Shown one piece after another: positions 25,075 through 39,205 of a stretch of DNA of 64,000 bases. The stretch is from Octopus sinensis. Taxonomy: Eukaryota. The notes under the pieces are model-generated. The model searched no databases. It saw nothing but the letters and a program-made list of their open reading frames with translations, and was not told the DNA's origin. The stretch lies in contig NC_042999.1 of the NCBI RefSeq assembly GCF_006345805.1, positions 159,340,001 to 159,404,000 of the forward strand, read 5' to 3'. Each line of letters opens with the position of its first letter. Within the stretch, counting starts at the first letter, position 1. The position numbers and the translations under genes are program-made.

Positions 25075-25395
25075 CTAATACACACACCAACTAATACATA
25101 CTAATACGTACTAATACATACTAGTACATACTAATACTTACACCAACCCTATACATACACACGTCCAGACCCCGCATACGCACTTATACTCTCTCACACA
25201 CACACACACACACACCTATACATACCAATACGTACTAATACATACTAATACATACTAATACATACACCAACCCCATACATACGCACGTCCAGACCAATCC
25301 CACGCACTAATACTCTCTCATACACACACACACACACACACACCCTTATACATACTAATACATACACCAACCCTATACATACACATCCAGACCCC
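25075..25395. repeat. Tandem repeats in the Penelope 3' UTR (catactaata units; ccaaccctatacatac..ccagac units)
   Basis: About three higher-order units containing (CA)n. Confidence 0.8.
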
Positions 25396-25566
25396 TCCCA
25401 CGCACTTTTAGCTGGTCCCTCAACCCTATTATCTCCCCTTATTTCGCTCTCGCGTCTCATGTTTGATCTTTGACCTCTGGCCGAAATCAGATCGCCATGT
25501 TGATTCGTTAGCTACTGCACGCATTTTTTTTCTCTCCTTCTTTCTGTGTTTTTCTCTCTCTGTGTA

Positions 25567-25604
25567 TCTTTCTGTTGAAGAGCGTAGGCTCGAAACGTTA
25601 AAGA
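25567..25604 (+). ncRNA. Minimal hammerhead-like motif in the Penelope tail (variant core)
   Basis: tcttt-CTGTTGA-a-gagc-gtag-gctc-GAAAC-GTT-aaaga. Stem I tcttt/aaaga, stem II gagc/gctc. Core has U instead of the conserved A6. Confidence 0.55.
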
Positions 25605-25699
25605 CTTGTTTTATTTATATTTCTGAGCGCCATACTAATACAATTGTTCGTTTGTTTTCCACCTGCCTTCGTCTTTTGTTATTTTCATAAAGCTTCCCG

Positions 25700-25741
<42 letters not shown>

Positions 25742-25831
25742 TACATGCGTTTATATGTGCGAACACATATATTGATTGTAATACATACCTACATGTACAT
25801 TAATGCAGACATATAATGTGTATATATATAC

Positions 25832-25896
<65 letters not shown>

Positions 25897-25924
25897 TGTA
25901 TGTATGTATGTATGTATGTATATA

Positions 25925-26230
25925 ATACAGGAAAACTGAGAATGTGTGTGTGTCTGTCTATCCATGTGCATCACTAAAACTCGAGAACTACCCAACTGAT
26001 TTCATTCACATTTTACACATGCCTTAATTAGGGTCCTCGCAGTGGCAAACGCAAAAATAATTTTCAACATCTTGCCTAATGCGAGCCCGGAACAAACTCT
26101 TATCTCTAACACTATTTCAGTATTACGTGTCAAAAGCAAAACAATAACATCTCTATTGTAATGTGATATAATACTTTCACTTTTAATAGTGAATCCATTA
26201 AAAGTGAATCCATTAAAAGTGAAACTCTTA
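25925..26230 (+). mobile_element. Helitron/DINE-like non-autonomous 5' segment
   Basis: gtgtgtctgtctatcc...aaaactcgagaactacccaactgatttcattcacattttacac resembles non-autonomous Helitron 5' ends. No 3' hairpin found. Confidence 0.4.
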
Positions 26231-26299
26231 TCTCATTTGCATATATCGTGCATTCATATATATATATATTATGTATGTATCTAAGTAGGTGAATGAATT

Positions 26300-26302
26300 A
26301 TC

Positions 26303-26375
<73 letters not shown>

Positions 26376-26955
26376 ATACATCTGCACATATATGTGTATA
26401 CACATATATGTACATATATGTATACATATGTATATATATATGTATACTTATATGTGCATATATATATATGTATATATATATGTATATATATATGTATATA
26501 TATATACGTATATATATATGTATATATAGATATTTATATATGCATAGATATATATATATATGTATATGTACATTTGCATATATATGTGTATATACATATG
26601 TATATTTACCTATACATTTATATATATATATATATAACAAAGTGAAATATATATATATATATATATAACAAAGTGAAATATATATATATATATATATAAC
26701 AAAGTGAAATATATAATATATATATATATATATACGTGTGCCTGTGTGTGTGTGTGTGTGTGTTTGTACCCCCACCATTGCTTGAAAACCGATGTTGCTG
26801 TGTTTACGTCCCCGTAAACATAGCCATTTGTCAAAACACACCGATAGAATAAGTACTAGGCTTACAAAGAGTTAATTCTATGGTCGATTTCTCCGACTAA
26901 AAGCGGTGCTCCAGCATGGCCACACTCACGTGACCGAAACAGTTAAAATAATAAA
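26300..26955 (+). repeat. Large AT/GT microsatellite field ending in the degenerate 3' half of a family B SINE
   Basis: Includes three copies of tatatataacaaagtgaaa (26630-26710). From 26760: cattgcttgaaaaccgatg...ccagcatggccac. Confidence 0.85.
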
Positions 26956-28302
26956 AAACAATTGCATTTTAATCCGAAGCACGCCGTTAATCTCTGTTAG
27001 TGTATATATGTTTACTGGAATCTAGTGAAAAATATGATCCGCCGATTTATTAATTTCTCCACTACGAAATTAAATCGGGAAAATAATACACGAACAATTA
27101 ACAGCGGAGCTGAAATGTAAATAATGTTCTCAAAGCAAAAACACAAACACACACTTACTCACACATACACACACTCACGTGTATGCTCACATACACATGC
27201 ACGTACACATATACATATATGCACTCACTCTCTCAAAAACAGTCTTTGAAGTCTTATTGCATTTGCGTATGACAATTGAAAATTTAATTCTGTGATAAAA
27301 AGAATAAAAGTCTTCGTCGAAGGCCAATCATTGATAAACTTGTTTCAAAATCTGTTTCTACATAAGAATAATGAGGAATAACGTAAGTGTATAATCGATA
27401 TTGTTATTTTGTGGTCTATTCTCCCATTCCTATCACCGAATCCTTTGAAAATCAAAAGATTAGAAAGCATTCAACCATGAATGAAGCAATTTTTTAAGCA
27501 AGTCTTTCATCTGTTTGGAATTTGTTCATACCAAAAAAAGATTTGCTTTCTGAATTGCATCTTTTATCGGGATTCAATTTCTATGACGATTTGTCTGGTG
27601 GTAAGATATCGAAGGAATCGATGTGAGATTTTGGTGCTGAATATATAGCTGTAATAAATCTCATCAATAATAAAACTGTATCATATTGATTCCTAACATA
27701 ATTGTGAGCCCAAAAGTCAAACTGATTTTCATACGCTTTTGCAATTTCTATTTTCTGAAGAATTACAAATGTTTTATCTGTCGTTGTTACTTACTTTTGG
27801 ATTTACATAACAACCGCAACTCTCTTTTTAGATTTCCATTTAAAACAGCGTCTTCAGTCTTTTTTAAGAATTGACATTAAAAGGATTTGGGGAAACTGCA
27901 GTAAAATAAGATTGTCATATCTAGAAATATACGCTGTACCATTTTTACACATACAACGGTCCAAATAAGGCATTACACTTAAAATAGCAAGCTTTTAAAG
28001 TCAGGATGACCAAAAATCTTATGATACAAAATATTTCAATTTATTTCCTATTATACCAAGTTCAAGTTTTCGTTCACAACTTTAAGTCGGTTAAGGTTTA
28101 CTTTGCTGTTTATCCGCCGTGGTCATTAAAAGTAACAGCTTAATATCATTTTAATGCAATATTATATATGCGTACAGCGCCTGGATTTGTAACGAAATTA
28201 TAACCAAATTAGTTCTCGTGTGAAAGTATTTATGGTCAATGCAATTATTTTGCCAAGGACTTGCTGTACAGGGGCAGAAATTATAGCATATTGGTGAGAG
28301 GA

Positions 28303-28624
28303 GAGCACTCCGTCGGTTACAACGACGTGGGTCCCAGCTGATAGGATCAACAGAACAGCTTGCTCATGAAATCAACGTGCAAGTGACTGAGCAATCCACA
28401 GACAAGTGTACCCCTAACGTAGTTCTCAGGGAGATTCAGCGTGACACAGTGTGACATGGCTGGCCCTTTGAAATACAGGTACAACTCATTTATGCCAGCT
28501 GAGTGGACTGGAGCAACGTGAAATAAAGTGTCTTGCTCAATGACACAACGCGTCGTCGAGAATTGAACTCACGACCTTACAATCGTGAGCCGAATGCCCT
28601 AACCACTAAACCACGCACCTTCAC
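28303..28624 (-). mobile_element. SINE, head D + tail X
   Basis: Tail matches the family A tail (cctgtatttcaaagggccagcc...accgacggagtgc). Head is gtgaaggtgcgtggtttagtggttaggg...tgtgtcattgagcaagacactttatttcacgttgctccagtccactcagctgg. Confidence 0.88.
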
Positions 28625-29378
28625 AATGATATATTGATTGTTCTATAAAGATACTTCTATTTAATCAGTGGACCTGCAAAAGTGTCAGTGTAAATTCTCT
28701 CAAATTGCATTCTTTAGGAAAAGGCATAATAGCTAATGTAACCGTCATACGTATCTGGTCGCCGAGAAAGTACTTTTGATAAAGGTTAGCCAGCAGCTAA
28801 ACAATAAAAGACGTCAACGTTTGCAAATTTTTCAAGAGTCGATAAAATAACTAATATGCATTAATTTCGATTCAATCCACTCTAACCAACATTTTGACCT
28901 TTTTATCTATAATTTTTACCCAGAAGCCTGTTTATTCCGTTGTTTCAAATAGTATAATCATTTCATTTAACGATAAAATCTATATATTTCTTTAAAAGAA
29001 CCATCATTTGAAGTTGCTATTGTTATTGATATTCCTTTTGAAAATTTGAAAATATTAAAATTGCTTTCTCAGTTGATATTCATGCCATATTTATTGTCAA
29101 TATATTTATAATATTGATTCCATTACATTATTTTCTCGATATTAATGCAGCATGCGTATGTGACAGGTAAACATATATTGATCAGTAATGTTAGATATGT
29201 ATTTATACACCTCATTGATTATATAAAAAGATGGTTGAAAACAGTTCAGAGATATTCTTCCAAGCACAACCTTCAGATCTGATACATTCAGGAAATTACC
29301 GGCTTCCCATTTCCGCTGGGTATATACATACATATATGCATGTATAAATCGCGTATATGCATATATATATATCACACA

Positions 29379-29439
<61 letters not shown>

Positions 29440-29695
29440 TTATTTATTTATTTGGTGGAATCTCCTGTCGAAGACGATGTATGAGTATTCAGTATTTAAA
29501 GTGACAAAACGCGAGTGTGATACATTAGCTTACACTCTTCATCATAACAACGTTGCCTGAACACGTGCACGGAGTAATCTCAGAGAAATGTGAGATAAAG
29601 CGCTTTGCTCAGATACACAATGCACCACTAAGTGAAGGAAAGCCCTGTCTTGCGATCGTGAGGGCAACACTCTTATCACTAGGCCGTGTGTCCTC

Positions 29696-29728
<33 letters not shown>

Positions 29729-30340
29729 GTGTTTCTGTGTGTTTCTGTGTGTATTAAAGATATGAATTACATTTGTTGTGAGTGTAAATTATAAAACAAA
29801 GTCGATAGATAGCTATGGAAATACAAGTAATCGTGATAAATAATGAATAAGTTAGGAAAGGAAATATGGAGTAAATATAAATTTCCAGAAAGTCTTTCAA
29901 TCGCTGTATCTGTAATATCCCTGAATAATAAAAATATTTAGCTTCAATATACATGAATTTAATATGCAATTTTGTATAACATGGTTATTTGAATAGATTG
30001 ATCTGTGAAGTCGGCGTAATTCTGGAATGTTCATCGGAGTGAGAAACACGTCTGGAACTTTTTGTAATAATGTCATAACTATAACATAAATCAACATGTT
30101 CAATCTAACTTGTGAGACTGTGGGTATAAAGCGAATTGCTTTCTATCTTCTGACAACGACAATATATCATATATTTCACATGAAAATACGGTTCAGAAGA
30201 TATTTAGTTCGTTGTTTTCGGATTTCATCTCTTCAACTCTAACTCCACGCGTTTAAAGAAGAAAACTCAAATGAAGACAATTATCGAAAGAAGCATGTAA
30301 CTTAATTATCTACACCATATACATGCTGAAATTATTTAAA

Positions 30341-30733
30341 TCTATATATATAAAACTGTAGTTGTGTGAGTGTCTGTCCCCTTCGATTTAGATTCCTAAC
30401 TACTCCCACATTTTGCGGTGCAGTTTAACCAAAAGCGGGTATCTTATAGTCGTGATTCATATCGAGCCCTTCTGGGTATTAGCGCGCGTCTACGATGAGT
30501 CTACGATTTTAAAAATAATTTACCATCATTTTTTTCCATTTTCATGCATATTTTTTTAAAGGGAAGTAACTCTCTAAAATGTCTACGATGAGTCAACGAT
30601 TTAAAAGAAAATTACCATCATATTTTTTCCATTTTTAATGTATTTTTTTTACTATTTTTTGGCTATAACTCTCTAAAAATGCTGTATAGTTATTTCCCTT
30701 ACAAACCCGAGCAACACCGGGCGATACTGCTAG
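30341..30733 (+). mobile_element. Non-autonomous Helitron, 393 bp
   Basis: A|TC...CTAG|T termini, subterminal hairpin cccg-agcaacac-cggg 8 nt before CTAG, no TSD. Internal ~95-bp tandem duplication (gtctacgatgagtc...). Confidence 0.9.
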
Positions 30734-31235
30734 TATCAAATAAATTTGTGTCCAGCAGTGTTTGATGGATATACAACGTTGTTATGATTAGGATGTTAAC
30801 TTTCTTCTAACTCTTGTTCAGATTTCGAAATTTTACCCTACAGCGCTATTCTCTGTTGGACTGGCAGAGTTCTTTGAATGACCTGCTGCATTTAGTTACT
30901 GTTCTTTACGCTCTGAATTTAAATCCGGCGGAAGTGAACTTTGTTTTCCATTCCCTAGAGGTCGATAAAAGAAAATACTACTCAAGTAATGGAGACGGCT
31001 CGGTATTCCTGTAAAGCTTCTCAGTCGTGAACAAAATTGTAATTGAAGAAACCTTATTGCTTAGCAGTCCTAAATTATTATTATATTGCTTAACATTATT
31101 TTGGAGCATAGCGATTTCCTTTTGCTATTGCTTTTAGGTAAGTCGAGAATCTCTATCGTATTTTTCTCAAACTGGCAAGATACCTACTTCATAGTAGGAT
31201 AGAAAGTAACTATTGTTAGTATCAATGCAAAGGCA

Positions 31236-31950
31236 GCGAGTTGGCAGAATCGTTAGCACGCCGGACAATATACTCGGCAGCATTTCGTCCGTTGTTACAT
31301 TCTGAGTCCAAATTCCAGTGAGGTTGACTTTGCCTTTGATCCTTTCGGGATCGATGAAATAAGTACCAGTTGAGCATTGATGCCGATGTAATCAACTGAA
31401 CCCTCACTCACAAAATTTCAGTTCTTGTGCATATAATAGAAAAGATTATTAGTGTCAATGCAATTTCCGCTATAAATTCCCTCTGTTAACCCCCACCTCT
31501 ACTTCCCTAATCCTGGCAGAAACGCTAAGCACGCCGGGCGTAATGCTTAGCAGTATTTTGTCTGTCTTTATGTTCTGAGATCAAATTCCACCGATGTCGA
31601 CTTTGCCTTTCATCCTTTTGGGGTCGATTAAATCAGAACCAGTCACGCACTGGGGTCGATGTAATCAACTTAATCCCTTTGTCTGTCCTTGTTTGACCCC
31701 TTCTGTGTTTAGCCCCCCGTGGGCAGTACAGAAATATTTTTTCACATGAAGGCGGTGAGCTGGTACGCCGGGCGAAATGCTTAGCGATATTTCGTCTGTC
31801 TTTACATTCTAAGTTCAAATTCCACCGAGGTCGACTTTGCCTTTCATCCTTTCGGAGTTCATCAATTAAGTACCAGTTGCGTACTGGAGTCAATGTAATC
31901 GACTGGCCCCATCCCCAAAGATTTCGGGCCTTGTACCTAGAGTAGAAAAA
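31236..31950 (+). mobile_element. Three consecutive family C SINE copies in the same orientation
   Basis: Heads at about 31236, 31515 and 31750, each followed by the actttgccttt(c/g)atccttt core. Confidence 0.85.
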
Positions 31951-32169
31951 AAAGAATATTCTTATGTTTCATGCGATGCCCTTTTTCTTCAGTTTCCCGT
32001 TCAACTCGATATAACCAAACAAGACCTCACATTTTCTCTATATTTGTGCCCCAATTATCTCCATCGTTACAATCTCAAAATGCTATATTACTAATTGGTG
32101 ATACATCAGCCACCTCTTTTATATTTCTCTCGTCACATGATATTGCCACATGACTCTTAATATTCTGGA

Positions 32170-34320
32170 TAATGCCTTGTATTCAAAATATTTAACGTCA
32201 GATATAGTAACACTCTACAAATATCGATGTCCATAAAGTAATATCTGTCTAAACAAAAGTAGATAAATGTTAGTCTTGGTGTGTGTTGAGAGACAGACTT
32301 CCATATAAATTTGTAAATGTTCTGTAGCTTGTTCAGTTCTATTTTTTTAAAATTATATCTCTAAACTCCAAATCAAGCGAGGCATTACTCGTAACCAAAA
32401 CTTTCACGCACCAACATGGATCAGTGGTTCTTTTTTTTATTCAGTATTTCAGCAACTGGGTGAATTGGCATAACTTTCATTCATAATATTTATTTTCGAT
32501 TAGTTAATCCTCAGACCAGTATTGTTTCCTTCTCTTATTAAACTATTCAGTATGAGTTGCATTTCTTCTCTAGTCATTGTAAAGTTATTGTAATTCTCAC
32601 CAGGTTGTCATCATCATTTAGATGAATTAAGATATTTATAAGAGTCTACCTTATTGCGGTAGCTCCATCTCATAAAACTTTTTCCATTTCATAGCCGATG
32701 TCCATCACTTTAAGGAGGCTGGGCTGCATCCAGGTTATGACTCGTGGGTACCCTTCTGCTGTTCTGCTGATACATTTTAACCACTTGGATATTGGAGTTG
32801 TGGGCATTTACACTGCTTATAATTTCATCTAGTTGTAACTCTTCACCGTTGACTCAGCTTTCAAACTAATACATAAAGAAGAAATAACATTGGTTGTCAC
32901 GGTAGCAGCGAAACGTCAACGCTATGAACAATGAATCACTCGGAATTACTTCCCATAGCGTTAGGATATCTGATTTCTCCCCAGATCTTCATATTCGAAG
33001 GCAGGAGATCATAGACAGATCTGACGATGAAACTTATTCTCAGAGGAGCCATAGTCGTTCCAGCTGAGACACTTCTGGATTGTATCTTCACACGTCATCC
33101 ACCGGCCACCATATTTTCATTCACATTATTTTTGAAACGACCTTCTGGAAGTCAGTAAAACATCCTTAATAATGACTTCGTTTCACTTACCTGTGGTATA
33201 TTGTCCCTTGCTGTAAAAATTTAATCATCCCACCTTGACAATAATTAGTTTAGTTCTTCATCAATTTCTCTACTGACACTCTTTATGCCGTAATTAAAAG
33301 GGTAATAATTCTGCAATTAAGCTTACAGAAATCTCTCTCCACATGTATTTGAATTTTAATTCTTTTCTACAATTTTTGGAAATGTCACTCGTTATCCAGG
33401 ACCAATCTTCGAATTAAAATTCCATCAGATTTTACAATTTCCTGTGAGACTCCACCTAAACACAGTGATTTATAATTGCTTTATAAACTTAAAATCTTAA
33501 CTAGTGTGGTTCCTCCTATCTCAGTGTCTATATCACGTTCAGCTTGGGGAATATCTCCTTCCCCATTATGTAGAATTATTTCACATTATTTCTTTTATGT
33601 ATTCTTTATATATTCCTTGGTCATCAGGTACTCTTCTGTCTCCCTAAATCAGTTATTTTTGTTTTCATGATCATTCTTGTAATTTTCTTTAATTGGTTCA
33701 TAAGTTAAGCCGATATTCTTCCTATCTCCTCTTGTCATTCGAGATTTAGTGGTATCTGAAATATTATCCCACATTTGATAAAAGTCTCTTAGATCAGCAA
33801 TTTTCATTTTTCAATCTTTTCGACTGCCTCTTAAAACTACAATAAACTCCATCTTTTTATCAGCAGTCGCTTCGTTAGTATATTGTTTTCGAATATACTA
33901 ATAATTCCACGTGATGATCTAAGCTTGGCATACAAAATCCTCTATTCGACTTGTTCTCATTTACTAAGTGCTTCACAACTTCGTTTGCCTAATAATAATC
34001 TCCCATCCTGAGTGAATGCGTGTCTTTTCGTGTTCCTCTGACCTTATCGAATTTACTTAAACTGACTCAGTAATGACTTAGATGTCTAAATTATTTTTAT
34101 CAAAACTAATACATCTTACTCGATGTAAAATGAGTCTGCAGTGATGAGTAGAATTTTACGGTCATCCTGTAGAATGTGGTTGTTTCTTACCAAAAGGTAG
34201 TACATCTCCTTCAGATCCTATACTTCAATTCTAATCCAGTAGTTTTGAAAATATCAAGGACAGAAATCACCATCGATGAACTTGCTTTTTTACGTCTTAT
34301 GAAGAAGACCTGTGAGCGTT
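32170..34320 (-). mobile_element. Highly decayed RTE-like LINE remnants surrounding an RLE fragment
   Basis: Minus-strand remnants NYKSLCLGGVSQEIVKSDG (33.4-33.5 kb) and MQLILNSLIREGNNTGLRIN...FIWKSVSQHTKTNIY..ILLYG (32.2-32.6 kb) resemble RTE RT segments. Many stops. Confidence 0.5.
32640..33250 (-). mobile_element. Fragment of a HERO-like RLE non-LTR retrotransposon
   Basis: W.TCEDTIQKCLSWND|MAPLRISFIVRSVYDLLPSN..IWG matches, from recall, the post-RT motif of HERO-like elements. Confidence 0.6.
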
Positions 34321-34533
34321 AATAAAGTCATAAACAGGTGAATATTAAAGACTTTCGTGCAATTATCCAGAGTCTGTAGATAATATTTCTTATAATGTTA
34401 TAGCTTTTTTATTTATTGACACGATTTTAGATTATAGTATCCAGAGCTATGTTTAAATATATCACAGTTTTTCTAATTTAAATACTCACTTAAAATCAGA
34501 ACCTACCTGTAGGGATTTTGATGTTCTGAGTCG

Positions 34534-34950
34534 TACTCTCTTTACTCTCTTTTACTTGTTTCAGTCATTTGACTGCGGCCATGCTGGAGCACCGCCTTTA
34601 ATCGAGCAACTCGACCCCGCGACTGATTCTTTTGTAAGCTCAGTACTTATTCTATCGGTCTCTTTTGCCGAACCGCTAAGTAACTGGGACATAAACACAC
34701 CAGCATCGGTTGTCAAGCAATGCTAGGGGGACAAACACAGACACACAAACACACACATACATATATATACATATATATACATATATACGACAGGCTTCTA
34801 TCAGTTTCCGTCTACCAAATCCACTCACAAGGCTTTGGTCGGCCCGAGGCTATAGTAGAAGATCCTTGCCCAAGGTGCCACGCAGTGGGACTGAACCCGG
34901 AACCATGTGGTTGGTTAGCAAGCTACTTACCACACAGCCACTCCTGCGCC
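34534..34950 (-). mobile_element. Family B SINE
   Basis: Full-length reverse-complement match. Confidence 0.92.
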
Positions 34951-35307
34951 TATTCGTAAACATACTTTGAATAAACTTTATGTAGTAAAACAAACATAAT
35001 AATATTGTTGCCCCTTCTGGTTCTAAACACCGAATTCCTGATAGTGTGCATCGAAATGTTTTAGAAAATTATCAGTTGTTGAAAAATAATATATTGATGA
35101 AAAGAACAATATAAGCACGTTTCATTTCTCTTTTCATATCTTTTCAGTTACATTACTGACATAACTGGGAATGGCTTGAATATTATTCACACTACTTTGA
35201 AGAGATCTTTAGTATCTAATATTTTAAAAATTTTCCACTAAATCTCTAATAAAAATTATGCATATGTGCGCATCTCGCTATACGTCTCTCTCTTTCTCCA
35301 CCTCTCC

Positions 35308-35361
<54 letters not shown>

Positions 35362-35391
35362 TATATTATATATATTATATTATATATATAG

Positions 35392-35437
<46 letters not shown>

Positions 35438-35496
35438 CTATATATATATATATATATCTATATATATATATATAATATTATATATATATATATATA

Positions 35497-35720
35497 AGGC
35501 GAGCTTGTAGAAACGTTAGCACGCCGGGCGAAATTCGTAGCCGTATTTCGTCTGTCGTTACGTTCCGAGTTCATATTCCGCCGAGGTCGACTTTGCCTTT
35601 CATCCTTTCGGGGTCGATAAATTAAGTACCAGTTACGCACTGGGGTCGATGTAGTCGACTTAATCCCTTTGTCTGTCCTTGTTTGTCCCCTCTGTTTTTA
35701 GCCCCTTGTGGGTAGTAAAA
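35497..35720 (+). mobile_element. Family C SINE flanked by (TA)n
   Basis: aaggcgagcttgtagaaacgttagcacgccgggcg...gtgggtagtaaaa. Confidence 0.9.
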
Positions 35721-35726
35721 AAAAAA

Positions 35727-35760
<34 letters not shown>

Positions 35761-35913
35761 GTAATTATCATAAAAACTTCCGACGAACGGAAAAGTGAAA
35801 GAGTAAGTCTTGTGATAATTTTTCAGCTTTAAGAAACGCATATTACTCTACCTTTGGTATTCGAGTACTATTCTTTCTACCTTATTTTGTACTTATGTGC
35901 TCACCTGTATGTT

Positions 35914-35948
<35 letters not shown>

Positions 35949-38864
35949 CGATGGATGGATGTATTATTTACATGAACATAGTGATCTATTTGGGGCCATA
36001 TCGTCACATTTGTTCTGAATATTGTGATTATTGCTTTTATGTAAAGTATTCCTAAGTATAAATTGGAGAATTATTGAATACATCTACATTACATTTAATG
36101 GCCAACCTGCAGTGCTTGTTTTATAAAAGGCAGCTCCATAAATAAATTTCATCTGAAACAAACCACCGCATTGAAGACATATTGCTTTGTGAATGATCCG
36201 AATGTCGGAAATAGAATTTTAATGAAGTAAACAATGCAACGAAATCAGCTCAGAAATATTTCCATACTCGCCTTAAGAAATATTCTCTCGTGTTTATATA
36301 GGAATCGAAAAGACCTCCGGGGAAGATATATCAAGATGTATAATTACGTACACCTTAATTCAAACGAAGTGCTTCAGAAACATATTGGTATATTGCGTAA
36401 GTAAATGGAATAGTGAAAATATAGATATAACTATACAAATAATAATTATTGTAAGTTGGTTTGGGAAAAGTGCATCTAGTATTTTTTTTTCTATTATATT
36501 TGTTAACAATAAGGGCAAAATATCCCAAAATAGTCTTGATCAAGCAGACATAATCAAAACCATTCTCATTGTGAATATTCTGACTATTCTTTTCAGATAT
36601 ATGGATCTACGTCCGTATTATCGAATGCGCATTTCTAATGAAACAATAAGATGTAGAGTGAGAGAAAATTGCTTTATATCTTTAGAAGGGAAGAGGTACC
36701 CATGTTTATTCGAAAAATGTATTCGTTTGAAGCAAATTATCTCAAAAAATGTCTAGGAATCTCAAAATATATATTCATGTAATAGATAAACTCTCTAAAA
36801 CTATAAGCTTATTCATTCCACAATGTGTCATCTACCCTGTTTACATTGCATTAGTCTGGGAACGCCTTAGATATGCAATAAGTTTATTTCTGGAGAGTCA
36901 ATGCTGAAGTTAATATAAAGCAAGTGAATTCATTCGTAAGTTATTACATTCCCATTAACTCACTTGTTGCCCTAAGTGGTCATTCAACCACCTTTTAAAA
37001 TAGATTGCAGTAGATACCATGACAGTTAATTAATGACACACTGTTTATCACTTCAATAACAGAAACCCTGAAGTTTTAAAATTATTCCAATATTGACGTA
37101 TTGAAGCTTTGTAACTTAGATTAAAATCTTCTCTAAATTAGATTGTAAGTTGTCACACTGGATATATTAATTGGATCGTAAATAATTTCAAGGCAATCTG
37201 CATATTATTCTAGTAAGTCGTATGACTCTAATAACAACTAAGAACAACCAAAGAAAAGTTGGATATTCGCTGCGTCAAAAGCATTATTAAAATGTGAATC
37301 GCTGTTTAATTCACTTGAAACGTTGAAACAAAATTAAATCTCCGGCTTTGCAGATAAATATTTTGGTATCTTTAAGGCCAGAAATTTACATATTGAATCC
37401 GTTAAAAAGCAGTGCCTGTGTGGAGGAATAAACAATTACCTGAGGGTATTTCATTTATAAATACTGATGTGGAAAAAATTGAATTAGAATATGAGTGAAG
37501 TTAAAGGTTATTTCATTTGTACGATACATCAATGCAATTTATTGTATAACGTGAATTGTCTTTCAAGTCCGCACGTATAGTAAATGTGTTCTTCTGGATA
37601 TATCAATAAATATCATTATTTAAGCAATTGAACGTCTTCATTTACTGATTCAATGAACTTGTGTGATGAAGCTGTATTAACTTCGTTTCCCTTTTATAAT
37701 TAGGAATGCATTCGATTTATCCATAAGAACGTTTCAATGATTATATCAAAATAAAAACACGCACACGCATTTGCTGTTAAAGTTCTTCTAGTATTAAGTA
37801 TCATGTTTACAACTACAAGATATATATTTCGTGATAGAATGTGCCTTAAAATTAAATGAATTTTACAAGGCGCACCACAGAATATACTTTAGTACAAACT
37901 CTCGCATGTTGCATTTTACTAGTCAGTCTTTTACAGGATTGGTAAGCTTTGGCGGAGTTAGCAAATGTTATGAATCACAATTCACTGAGCAAGCAAGTAC
38001 CGACTCACACATACATTCATACACAGATTGTCTATTCATAACACACATACCTACAAACAATGGCAATTTTAATTTGTAATCAGGAGAGGCGTGGTTTAGG
38101 ATCTGTTAAAGGGTTATTTGTGGTTTCTCGATTTCAGAATGCTATTTAAAACGAACCAAGAAGATTGTACCATTTAAACGAAACTCCACTCTAGTGAAGA
38201 TTTCTTAACATTACAATTGTATTATCCGGCAGGCTGCAAAGAGAGAAACATCATGTCCCCTATACGCCTCAATAATTCTTTAAAGCTAACCAGAATTTCT
38301 TTAGCTTATAATGTGCATTCAAGGATGTTTCTGGATATGACTTGAAAACCTATAGATTACGCCAAACTGAATTGCTGTACATGAATATGACGTTTGCAAC
38401 CTTTACGTTTGGGTACCTTTACCGGAATATGCCTGTTGCCTATGGGAAATTTTCTCACTTTCTCTTCCCACACAGGAAGATTCTGAAATAATAAAATGCT
38501 GCTTGTCTTCCTCTAACTAGCATTAAAAAGAAAATACGTGTAATATATGCAGGGTAACAAGTGCGAAAATATGTCCATCAAATCAACGTTACCTGAATGG
38601 GTACACAACTGTGCCACACGTCAGGTGTTATAATGATCGCATAGTGTTTTGGTGAAGAACACAAAGCAGCACCCGGTCTAGAAATAGAAGGCACGATTCG
38701 CAATCGCGGGTGCAACGCCCTAACGTCTAATCCATGCGCCATCACACGAAGTACTGAAACGTTATCAATTATAAAATCAAAATCTATATTTTCTTCGATC
38801 TGCCTTATATTTCTCTCTCTTTCATTGTTTCCCGCGTTCTTTTTTAGTTTCACACTAACACACA

Positions 38865-38906
<42 letters not shown>

Positions 38907-39153
38907 ACACATGAAATATCTGGATGCGCTTTATTTCTTTATTCATCACTCTTAAACAAGATTATACATTCAAACATATATATGTGTTAAGCGTGTGTAT
39001 GTTTCTGCGAGTGTTTACGCGTGTGTGTGTGTGTCCCAGTATGGCCACAACCTTAGGGTTGAATTATATAAAAGAATAAAAGAATAAAAGAATATATGCA
39101 TGTCTGTGTATCTGTATATATATATATGTATGTGCGTGTGTGTATATGTACTC

Positions 39154-39205
<52 letters not shown>

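Larger units (their letters stand above)
23171..25700 (+). mobile_element. 5'-truncated Penelope-like retroelement (RT + GIY-YIG endonuclease), frameshifted
   Basis: Stitched frames give [79 protein letters not shown] and CSLCNSLYIGQTGRRLADRFAEH...REQELIFSLRSYTPFGLNS. About five frameshifts. C/T-rich 3' UTR. Confidence 0.95.

Noticed and set aside
35770-35815. CCGACGA-acggaaaagt-GAAA-gagta hammerhead-like string
   Set aside because: U4 is altered, stem III is unpaired and stem I is weak; cannot be supported beyond possible degeneration.
36000-38500. Repeat-poor stretch with a 123-aa ORF (36385-36756), possible host exon
   Set aside because: TTG start, no motif, no convincing splice-site pair; a small exon cannot be excluded without RNA data.
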